Positions 1-8,900 of a DNA stretch of 54,896 bases are shown here, piece by piece. The stretch comes from a virus (Duplodnaviria; Caudoviricetes). The stretch is from the IMG/VR virus record IMGVR_UViG_3300045538_000396, positions 1 to 54,896 of that record. One strand, given 5' to 3'. The position numbers were made by a program, and so were the translations under genes. Below the pieces are notes generated by a model, which saw only the letters and a list, made by a program, of their open reading frames with translations, was not told the origin of the DNA and ran no database searches. Every line of letters starts with the position of its first letter. Within the stretch, counting starts at the first letter, position 1.

Positions 1-283
1 GAATTATAACTGGTATCCCAACCGTACTTTAAATACAAAGTTGCACTAGAGTAGGCTTGAGAAGCAAATTGTATATAACCAAACTGGTTAACACTTATAT
101 TGTAAGCCGTGGGCAAAGGTTTACCATAGGTGCTTGTATCATCGTAACTGCCATCGGTAGTGTTCCCCGAATTCGTCCAAGTAAGGTTTGCATCGGTTGT
201 AAATGTATTAGGTCTTACATTAACTTGTGCTTGCCATACAGTTGACCAAGCACCATTAACTCTGGCTTTTACCGCTGTGCAAT
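1..283. repeat. Terminal direct repeat / circular assembly overlap, copy 1
   Basis: 1-283 aligns without gaps to 54614-54896 (offset 54613). It is identical except at 127, 157, 158, 165, 173, 175 and 176. Confidence 0.97.
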
Positions 284-362
284 TGGTCCAAACGCCTCCC
301 ACCCTAACTTTAGGCTGAGTGACATTGACCCAATTCCCACCGACACGAACCTTGTAAGCCAT
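1..362 (-). CDS. Putative tail-fibre tip adhesin, 5' part (continues across the junction to 54286; about 229 aa)
   Basis: ATG at 362 just after the stop of 366..713. Reads MAYKVRVGGNWVNVTQPKVRVGGVWTNCTAVKARVNGAWSTVW..., with three (K/A)-x-R-V-x-G-x-W-like repeats typical of small proteins downstream of tail fibres. In frame with ORF 54286..54729. Missed by the ORF track. Confidence 0.8.
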   Translation of the reverse strand, partial: MAYKVRVGGNWVNVTQPKVRVGGVWTNCTAVKARVNGAWSTVWQAQVNVRPNTFTTDANLTWTNSGNTTDGSYDDTSTYGKPLPTAYNISVNQFGYIQFASQAYSSATLYLKYGWDTSYN

Positions 363-365
363 TCA

Positions 366-713
366 TTATTCCACTGGAGGTGCTAAAGGTGTTGGTGTAG
401 CCCAAGGAAGAGGCAAAGAAACGACAGGCGGGTTCTTTTGGTCTTCAATTTGTCTATCGAGGGTGGCTTTTATTTCGTCCACATTAATTTTTTCAGCAAC
501 CCAACCCCACACTTGTTGAAAGGTCAAATCTTCATAAGCAGTGAAGGGGTCACCTTCAGCCCAAGTTACAGCACAAGAGCCAAAAGCGGTTGCATGGTAA
601 GTGTCTTCCGAAGCATTCATACGCCAATAAATAGTGAAGACCACATCGGACTTCGATTCAAAAGTTGGATAACAATCCATTCTTTCAACGGTATCAACAT
701 AAACTTTAGACAT
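366..713 (-). CDS. Tail-fibre-associated (chaperone-like) protein
   Basis: Motifs DVVFTIYW, FTAYEDLTFQQVWGWV and QIEDQKNPPVVSLPLPW, a family commonly found right after phage tail fibres. Confidence 0.8.
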   Translation of the reverse strand: MSKVYVDTVERMDCYPTFESKSDVVFTIYWRMNASEDTYHATAFGSCAVTWAEGDPFTAYEDLTFQQVWGWVAEKINVDEIKATLDRQIEDQKNPPVVSLPLPWATPTPLAPPVE

Positions 714-864
714 CAGTCACTTCCTTTTTTTGTGCGTCGGCCTGGGCCTGAATTTCTTGTTGAAATTTTTGAACCAACAGGGCCACTTCCAAATAGGGCC
801 TTTGCGTTAGAGCATTGAACACGATGTTCAATTCTGCCTCGGTAAATTCTAGTTTGAACGACAT
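706..864 (-). CDS. Small tail-fibre-associated hypothetical protein (52 aa)
   Basis: AAGGAG RBS, then MSFKLEFTEAELNIVFNALTQRPYLEVALLVQKFQQEIQAQADAQKKEVTDV. Overlaps the next start. Below the ORF-track cutoff. Confidence 0.75.
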   Translation of the reverse strand: MSFKLEFTEAELNIVFNALTQRPYLEVALLVQKFQQEIQAQADAQKKEVTDV

Positions 865-884
865 AACTCTCCTTTAGGGTTGAA

Positions 885-3161
885 TTAGTATTGTAGCCAC
901 ACATCGCCATTATTAATAGTCCCACCAGGCTCGCCTGATTGAACAAAAGTTTTAGGGACTCGATGTCCCCCATAATGCGTAAGGTCAGTGGTAGCGTTTA
1001 TATGGCGAAGCATAGTCAAGTCACCTGACATATTAACTTGTAAGACATTTGCAGGTGCAGACCAACCGCCAAGCCTCAGAACATTATCAGGGTCTAGGCC
1101 AAAATTGACAGCGTATTGTGCTGAACGATGGAACGACATTGCGGCTGTTCCTCCGTCACTAGAATAGACTTGCAGTTGCATATTGTTGGTATTAGCAAGG
1201 TATACATTATTACCTTTATTACTTCTAAAATACATAATTCCATCGACTGTATCGCCATTCCTAGCAATTGCATAAGATGTGTAATTGGAGGAATCTAAAA
1301 CTGTTGCTTCCGTTCCTGCTCCATTAGCCCCTTTATTACAATATATGGTTCCTGCATTCCAACGCATTTGCCAACCGTGTGAATTATTGTGGAAACCTGA
1401 AGTTCCCCCATTTTGGGCAATCATTAAAGAGACATTACCATTTGCACTCGTTTCAAACTCTAGTCCGCACCACCCATTTCTACTTCCTAAAACTTTCCAC
1501 GAACCATAGGAAGATGAATTAGGTAAAAAGTGAGCACCATTATTAGGTGAGTAAAGACCCGTAAAGTTACTAAACTGTATCCACTCATTTGAATGTATGC
1601 GGTCTGTAGCCCTAACTGTTCCTGTAACATCTAAGGTATATTGCGGATTCGTATTGGCTATTCCGACCCTACCATTATGACGAATGACCATTCTTGTTCC
1701 AAAAGTATCAACACTATTGGAAGTATCAAAATTGATACCCATTCCATCGCCATAGTCCAACATTTGCAATCTGCCACCCCAAATAGATGGATAACCACCA
1801 TGCCTAAATAAAATTTCGGGTGAACCGCCATAAAATAATCTTAACTGCCCTGTTAGTGTTCCACCTGTAATTGGTAGAGCATAAGATGAATAGTTTGAAG
1901 TAGTCAAAAACTCTACCCAAGATTGCCAAGTGCTGTCGTTTCTTCTTCTTAAAAAAGCCCTATCCGATTCATAAGGAAATGCTAATTGGGTTCTTCTTCC
2001 GTAATTATCACCAATGTTTATAGTTCTGATATTAGGCGAGGAAATAGGTGGAGTTCCCGTAGGAACGGGGTCAAAAGTCTTAAATGATTGCCCCCAATCT
2101 GAATCAATGTTTGAACTTGTTGTGGGATTTGCTACAACTGCATAAGATGAGTAATTACCAGCGTGTAAGACTTGATTACCCGCTTGTGTGATTGCACCTG
2201 TAGAGTTGATTGTTCCCGATACGCTTAATCCTGTAAGCGTTCCAACACTCGTAAGCGATGAAGCGGTAACATTACTTGCTAAGGTTGAACCTGTAATTCC
2301 TGAAGCGGGAACAGAACCTGCAGAACCTGTCGTATTTTGATTAAGCGTTCCAATCGAACCGCCCAAGGTTAAACTACCCGAACCTGTAACTGTCCCTGTT
2401 AGCGTTATACCGCTTACATTACCTGTGCCCGCAACGGAAGTAACTGTTCCACTATTGGCTGTTGCTCCTGCGGTAATACCATCAAGTTTTGTGGCATAAG
2501 TTCCTGTCATATAACCATTAACACCCGAAGACGCAGCAGGCATACTTATTGCGGGCGTAGCACCACCACTTGAAACAACAGGTGATGTTCCCGTAACAGA
2601 AGTGACTGTGCCTGAGCCTTTGTTGTTAAAAGTCGTCCAATCGGTAGAGGATAAATATCCATTAGCCGAAGCCGTTGCAACAGGGATTCCAATGGAGACG
2701 GCAGCCGAACCATTGTAAGAAGTTCCGCTTAAAGGCGATGTGATGGTAAGGGTATTAGCAACAGACCCTGCCGAGCCTGTGGTGTTTTGATTAAGCGTAG
2801 GGAAGGTGCAATTTGTTAAAGTTCCTGAAGCCGGAGTTCCAAGAGCGGGAGTCGTTAGTGTAGGTGAAGTAAGAGTTTTATTCGTTAGTGTTTGTGTGCC
2901 TGTTAAAGTTGCGACAGTAGAATCAATTGTTATTGTTCCGCTAGTGGTAATCGGATTAGCACCCCCAGAAACACTTAAACCCGTTCCTGCAGTAATCGAA
3001 GTTACCGAACCACTACCTGCAGTGGCTGCAGTCCACTCTACTCCGGTACCGGTAGATGAAATAACTTGGCCACTAGTTCCTGTAGAGCCGTTAATTTTAA
3101 TTGGACCAGCGGTAATCTCTAGACCATTTTTAACTCTAAACTCTTTAGGATTAGTAGCCAC
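885..3161 (-). CDS. Long tail fibre protein
   Basis: Gly/Thr/Ser-rich shaft repeats (GTVTSV), RVGIANTNPQYTLDVTG motif, knob-like modules, C-terminal GDVWLQY. GTG start with GGGGAG RBS. Confidence 0.9.
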   Translation of the reverse strand: MATNPKEFRVKNGLEITAGPIKINGSTGTSGQVISSTGTGVEWTAATAGSGSVTSITAGTGLSVSGGANPITTSGTITIDSTVATLTGTQTLTNKTLTSPTLTTPALGTPASGTLTNCTFPTLNQNTTGSAGSVANTLTITSPLSGTSYNGSAAVSIGIPVATASANGYLSSTDWTTFNNKGSGTVTSVTGTSPVVSSGGATPAISMPAASSGVNGYMTGTYATKLDGITAGATANSGTVTSVAGTGNVSGITLTGTVTGSGSLTLGGSIGTLNQNTTGSAGSVPASGITGSTLASNVTASSLTSVGTLTGLSVSGTINSTGAITQAGNQVLHAGNYSSYAVVANPTTSSNIDSDWGQSFKTFDPVPTGTPPISSPNIRTINIGDNYGRRTQLAFPYESDRAFLRRRNDSTWQSWVEFLTTSNYSSYALPITGGTLTGQLRLFYGGSPEILFRHGGYPSIWGGRLQMLDYGDGMGINFDTSNSVDTFGTRMVIRHNGRVGIANTNPQYTLDVTGTVRATDRIHSNEWIQFSNFTGLYSPNNGAHFLPNSSSYGSWKVLGSRNGWCGLEFETSANGNVSLMIAQNGGTSGFHNNSHGWQMRWNAGTIYCNKGANGAGTEATVLDSSNYTSYAIARNGDTVDGIMYFRSNKGNNVYLANTNNMQLQVYSSDGGTAAMSFHRSAQYAVNFGLDPDNVLRLGGWSAPANVLQVNMSGDLTMLRHINATTDLTHYGGHRVPKTFVQSGEPGGTINNGDVWLQY

Positions 3162-3190
3162 AGTTCACTCTCCCCATGGATTATTTTTTA

Positions 3191-4876
3191 TTAAGCAGTT
3201 GTTAACGAAAGACTTGTTCTCGTAAATACAACATTGTAAGAGTAACCAGCACCATTTACTCCGATAGCGGTAAGTGTAGTTAAGCCACTATTGGCATTAA
3301 CACTTGCTGCAAAAGTTATAAAAGATTGGCTTTCACCCATTTCAATGTAGTTGAGGTCATAAACGGTAGGCTTACCAGTTACGCTCATCAATAATTTAAC
3401 AACAGCACGTGCCTCAGCACCACCAGAATTTGTTAGTTGATAGACAGCAATTAGATACTCAGCCGCACCACCCGTAAAAGTATCAATCGTAGTGACTGCA
3501 CCGGTACTGTTATTTACAGAAAGTGATTTAGAAACTTTAGTTTCTTCAGCAGTAACTAATTCACCCGTTGATGGTTTGAACTTTAAACGACTATCCGTAG
3601 TTTTAACGGCTTGATTGCCACTGGAAGTACCAACCCAAGTTGGGTAAACATAAGAAGAAGTCGTTGTGTCATTTGTAATAGCAACATTAGTAGCATTAGT
3701 TGCAGTCGTTGCAGTCGTAGCCGTAGAAGCATTACCAGTTAAATCACCGGTAATCGTACCAGCCGTAAAGTTTCCAGATGCATCACGTGCAACAATAGCC
3801 GAAGCAGTGTTCGCAGAAGTTGCAGTTGTTGCAGAATTTGAAACTTTGCCTGCAGTAGAAATAGTATTTAATTTAGTATCGGCAATAGAACCTGCCAACA
3901 TAGTGTTCGTAACTGTAGCCGTGTCCGTGGTATAGATACCATTTGTAACACTAGAAGCATTACCGGCTAATGAAGCCGTAATAGTTCCAGCAGCAAAGTT
4001 ACCCGAACCATCTCTCGCAACAATCGCTGATGCCGTATTTGCAGAATCAGCAGTCGTAGCAGAGTTAGAAACTTTTCCAGAAGTAGAAATAGTTGCCAAC
4101 TTGGTGTCTACAATAGCGGCAGATGCATTAATGTCAGCATCAACGATGGTTCCATCAGCAATCATCGTGCTGGTAACAGTTCCCGTATCACCCGTTGTAA
4201 CAACCGTACCCGTAGTTGCAGGTAAGGTAATGGTGTTAGTACCAGAAGTTGCGGCAGGGCTAAGAGTAATGGTTCCGGAAGTAGAGCCATTCAATAAAAT
4301 ATTTTTTCCTGAAGAAACGGAAACGTGTTCGGAAGAGGTCCAAGCATTTGTTGCACTTACCCAGTTAAAAGTTTTGTCCGTTGTGCCCTTAAGAGTAAGT
4401 CCACCACCATCTGCCGTTGTGTTGGTAGGAGTAGTAGCATCACCTAAGATAATGTTTTTGTCTTCAATAACTAAATTAGTTGAATTCAAATTTGTAGTAG
4501 TACCATTAACCGTAAGATTTCCGCTAATATTTAAATCGGTTAAAGAAACCGTAGAGGGAAGCGTTAAAGTAACTGTACCGGATTGTGCACTGTTGAAAGT
4601 TCCGTTAGCAAGAATTTGTTCTGAGGTACCCGTAACTGAGGTTGTTGCAGGAAGTGATACCCACGTACTATCTCCACGAAGAAAAGTAGAACTAGTTGCA
4701 CTACCACTTGCCAAACGAGCAGTTGATACAGTTCCTGTTGCTAAATTACTTGCGTTAGTTGAATAGGCTTTGGTTGCAACATCCTGTTCACTAGTAGGGT
4801 CAGCAACATTACTGATTGCCGAGTTGTTGGCATCAAACCCGTATTTTCCAAAAAGTTTTTTATTAGTAACAGCCAT
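3191..4876 (-). CDS. Tail fibre protein
   Basis: ISNVADPTSEQDVATKAY, GNLTVNGTTT..EDKNI.LG..ADGGG.TLKG and duplicated SANTASAIVARDxSGNFxAGTIT repeats. Confidence 0.88.
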   Translation of the reverse strand: MAVTNKKLFGKYGFDANNSAISNVADPTSEQDVATKAYSTNASNLATGTVSTARLASGSATSSTFLRGDSTWVSLPATTSVTGTSEQILANGTFNSAQSGTVTLTLPSTVSLTDLNISGNLTVNGTTTNLNSTNLVIEDKNIILGDATTPTNTTADGGGLTLKGTTDKTFNWVSATNAWTSSEHVSVSSGKNILLNGSTSGTITLSPAATSGTNTITLPATTGTVVTTGDTGTVTSTMIADGTIVDADINASAAIVDTKLATISTSGKVSNSATTADSANTASAIVARDGSGNFAAGTITASLAGNASSVTNGIYTTDTATVTNTMLAGSIADTKLNTISTAGKVSNSATTATSANTASAIVARDASGNFTAGTITGDLTGNASTATTATTATNATNVAITNDTTTSSYVYPTWVGTSSGNQAVKTTDSRLKFKPSTGELVTAEETKVSKSLSVNNSTGAVTTIDTFTGGAAEYLIAVYQLTNSGGAEARAVVKLLMSVTGKPTVYDLNYIEMGESQSFITFAASVNANSGLTTLTAIGVNGAGYSYNVVFTRTSLSLTTA

Positions 4877-4884
4877 GTCTTCTC

Positions 4885-5634
4885 CTATTCAAAGATGCTA
4901 TACTTTAATATTTTAACATACACCAATCCACTGACTGGCGTGCCATATAACTTATAAGTTGTTACATTGTTTGATACTTGTGCCTCGACTGTAAAATTGC
5001 ATAAAGGTGCGTCTAATTTAACAACTCTTGCATACTCAGTTAAAACGGCCTCAGTATCAGTAGCGGTTGTATAGCATAAAGTTAATATTTCTGATGACTG
5101 GTAGAGTCCACTTTCGTTTTTAACCTGAATTAAATACTTAGTTGTTGGAGACGATGGAGACAGTATGTCAAGTACGCTTTTGCTTGAAAAAGACTGTACC
5201 CCAATGCCAGTATAATGACCAACTGTGGGAATCTTAAATACATCAGATTCTGTAGCCTTTGTAATCCATTTATAACTATCTTGCACACTTAAGTCATAGA
5301 TATAGGTTTTTTTCGTATCTAGGGCGTAAAGAATGAGTCCATCGGGTCTCTGCGGAAAGTAATAAGTCCAATTAGTTCCATCCCAATGAGCAATGAATCC
5401 CTTATAAGAACCCCAATCTCCCGTAGCATTATTGGGGATTAGGTATTTTTTACCCTTATCATCATTAGAATTTGCAAGGGTCGGCTTAATACCTGTAGTA
5501 GCACTCATAACGCTTAGGTTTATAAAAGCATCTAATTGTTTAAGAGCCGAATTCATTGCCTCTAGCCAACCACCCTCACCATAGATTGACTGACCGCCAT
5601 AAAGCCCAGTTGAGGTACCAGTAATTTGACTCAT
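4885..5634 (-). CDS. DUF2793-like tail/virion protein
   Basis: KYLIPNNATGDWGSYKGFIAHWDGTNWTYYFP motif. Start placed at ATG 5634 (TAATG overlap with the upstream stop). Confidence 0.75.
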   Translation of the reverse strand: MSQITGTSTGLYGGQSIYGEGGWLEAMNSALKQLDAFINLSVMSATTGIKPTLANSNDDKGKKYLIPNNATGDWGSYKGFIAHWDGTNWTYYFPQRPDGLILYALDTKKTYIYDLSVQDSYKWITKATESDVFKIPTVGHYTGIGVQSFSSKSVLDILSPSSPTTKYLIQVKNESGLYQSSEILTLCYTTATDTEAVLTEYARVVKLDAPLCNFTVEAQVSNNVTTYKLYGTPVSGLVYVKILKYSIFE

Positions 5635-5909
5635 TATCCACCCCAATTATTACCGTAGTTACTACCATATCCATAATCGTATGGGGTAGTAGATACGCTA
5701 AAAGTTACTTCTGATGGCGGAATAACATACTCAGCCTTAAACGTTGTTATGCTTTGAGTTATTATACCTTGTTCTGCTCGGTAAGGATTCTTATCGGCAG
5801 ACCTTTCTTTTCGGCCTCTATCTGAAGCCACATTAATCCCACCAGTTTGAATCAATCTGAGGGCTCTATTTATTTCTTCTCTTGATGCTTCGTTAACTGA
5901 ATGTATCAT
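5634..5909 (-). CDS. Small virion/tail protein ending GYGSNYGNNWGG
   Basis: Translationally coupled at both ends. C-terminal GYGxNYG motif is typical of the gene preceding DUF2793-like tail genes. Confidence 0.6.
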   Translation of the reverse strand: MIHSVNEASREEINRALRLIQTGGINVASDRGRKERSADKNPYRAEQGIITQSITTFKAEYVIPPSEVTFSVSTTPYDYGYGSNYGNNWGG

Positions 5910-8900
5910 TAATCTTCCTCTGGCAATCTGTAAGCAATTTCCATAACAACTTTTGACGTTGAACCGTAAACCTCTATATCTAAATTATATCCAGTACGTT
6001 TTCCGGCAGGTAAATTGAGCCTTCTTGGTTTCTTATAAGTTTGTTCCATGACCACTTCACCAGAAATAATATAATCGCCATCAATGTATGCCTTTGCAAC
6101 CACGTTTCCATTACCATAAAAATCAATATAGTCATAGACTTTTGTATCAAACGGATTTCCAATTTGCTGAACTCCGTTCTTAACCATGTTTGAGTCAATA
6201 CGTTTGTATCCCGTTCTAATAGTCATGGGAATAAAATTATCGCCCGCAAATAATTGCCATATACTTAGACCCGGATTATCTTTAAACTTGGAGATATCAT
6301 ATATACCCTGCCTCACTTGGCTCTTAAACTCATTGTAGTTTTCCTGACTACCGTTTCCTTGATTTGCAAATAAAGCATAAACATTATCATTTTCATCGGA
6401 AATAATATCTACTGCGTTAATACCAAGTGTGGTGATTGGCAAACTTTCTACAGCCAAGTCTATACAAATAGCCGTATGACCGCTGAAATCATCAGATGGA
6501 GCATTGCTCCAAAACATAAAGTACTTTCCGTTCCATACAAATGAACGTATGGTATTGTTTATTCCAGTCAATTCTCTTATATCTCTAAATTTTGATATCT
6601 GTTGTTTGTTATTATCATAACCAAAACCAGAAACTAGATTGGCGTAAAAATAACTACCAACCGTTGGTATCCACCAAAATTTAAAATCCTCAGTTTGTTT
6701 AGAGGTTGCAGTAAAGAAACTTGGTTTTACTTTTCCCTCAGATATGCATTTAGCAACCTGACCATTCGTCAACATTAATCCACGTTTAGATAAATAAATA
6801 AGACCAAATGAAGTGGCCTGAACGCTATGCGGTGCAATACAGCCATCCTCAACCTGTGTCTTTGAAAGACTCATTTCTGTTGGCTTACCACCTTCTAGCC
6901 GATATATAGAATCCTCGCAAAGAATCATTAATGAATTAGCATAACTCTTTAGAGCCAAAGGCTTATAGGGTAACGTCACCATAAAAGTATCAGGGAAAGC
7001 ATCTGGTGTTCCCATAGGGGTCCATCGAACAGCATTACCTGAGATACCAAAATACATACCAAAATGTTCAGTTAAGCCCGTCAAGTCCTTGGGTGGAGTA
7101 TTAAACAATACATCAATCTCACCAAATGGACCTACGTCTGTATAGTATGAGGTTGGATTTTCACCCAAATAGGCTGTTGATTTTGAATCAAAATATAGGG
7201 ATTCATGAATAGGTACTTTATCAACCAACTGATAAGTACCAGCCGTACCCGTTCTATAGATATTCCAATATTTATAATATCCATTTCTAGGAACCCATTT
7301 AGCAGTAGACGTTAGAGTTGCTGAGTTATCCCAATAAGGTGTATATCTTTCAATCTCTATGTATCCTGTACTTAGTGGTACGCCACTTGAATCATATTTT
7401 CTTGCCTTAAACAAACCATCAATGACTTGTGTTTCTTTGTCATAAGTTGCTTTTATAAGAATTGTATATATTTTAAGACCAACTTTAGCACCTGTTGATA
7501 TAGTACTACTTGCAGTTAATACGTTACCGCCAGAGCCGGAGGTTGCCTGCACACCGGTAACCATAAATACTGGGTTATAGAAAGTACTGTTTATTAATCT
7601 TTCTGATGGATAATTCATGTTTACAGAGAGAGCATCATCAAGCAAATATCCACTTCCACCAGTTGCAACTGTTACGGAACTTTCAATAATAACTCCGGCA
7701 GCAACGGTAAATGTAACCGTGCCTCCAGTCCCAAGCGAAGTACCGGTTTGATTAAGTGCTTTTGTATAAGTTCCATCTACAAGTGGTTCAACATCAAAAT
7801 CTGTATTTATAGCAAGAGGTCTAATGGCCCTGATTGCAGTTATCGCACCGGAACCAGTAGGTGTGGTTGCGTCAACATCATAATCGTCATCAGAAACATA
7901 CTCATCTTTTTCTAGGATTTGAATTGATGGATAAGACGAGATATCTTTAGGTTCCTTAAATTGATTGCTAAAAGTCCCTGGTCTTTCTAAATTCTTAAAC
8001 CAAGTGTATGGATTTACTCGGTTGTTATTACCAGCAGCGTTTCCTTGGCTAATATTGGTTAAAGCAATTCTTGCTCTAATTTTAATCTTGGCTGGCGAAA
8101 CAGGTGAAAGATTATTGTAGATAACCTGTTCAATCTCACGTTTATTGTTATCCAGATATTTTTTGGAGTTTTCAAAATCGTCCGTAGCAAAAATATACCA
8201 GTCTTTTCCGTCATTAACGGAGTACTCAAAACCCACAAAGGTAGGGCCGTAAGTACCATCCACAAAATCAGTGTACGAGTATGTAAGTTTTATTGTATAT
8301 GCATTAAAGGGATAATCCGGCTCACCAAACTCATCAAAAGTCATGGTGCCTATGTTTGCAATATTTACTATGTTTCCACTTGCATTTGTTTTAGCCTGAC
8401 CATTAAATTCAAGTTTTAAATGTGAATCAAGACTTTCATCATACCAGGATTGCATATTATTAGCATTTGTCTGTGTTACGGTCAATGGCGATTCTAGTGC
8501 TTCAAGAGTTATTGCTACTTGACTCCAGTGACCAGCAGTATCTTTATCGTTGTAAATATAACCAGCAGAAAACTTAGCATTAGTATCATAAGATGCAGAA
8601 TCATCGTCATCGCCTTTAAGATTCTGAGACCAAGTATAGGACTGATTACTGTATTCTCTTAAAAGTAACCAGTGTGAAAAATCAGAAAACCCAGAGGTTG
8701 GTGCACTTGGAATCGCAACATTAATGCTTTGATTAGCAGAAGCAACAATAGATGCTTCGATAGAGGGTTGGGAAAATTCCCCATACTCAGAGACAGCGAT
8801 GACCCTATAGCGATAGGTACGACTCACAAGTGAACCAGGTGTACTTGCAATAGTTAAAGTAGGTGATGGTGGAACATAAACTTCACTTCTGTTAATTGGG

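Noticed and set aside
1-283. Physical direct terminal repeat of the virion DNA
   Set aside because: The repeat cuts through the middle of a tail gene and its copies differ at a polymorphic patch. A circular-assembly overlap at a variant bubble is more likely.
713-973. ORF-track 86-aa minus-strand ORF
   Set aside because: It overlaps the fibre C-terminus. The 706-864 ORF in another frame has a clear RBS and a more typical sequence.
2806-4766. Long plus-strand Val-rich ORFs opposite the tail fibres, and similar antisense ORFs opposite portal and ejection genes
   Set aside because: These are shadow frames of Thr/Gly-rich or long coding genes and lack RBSs.
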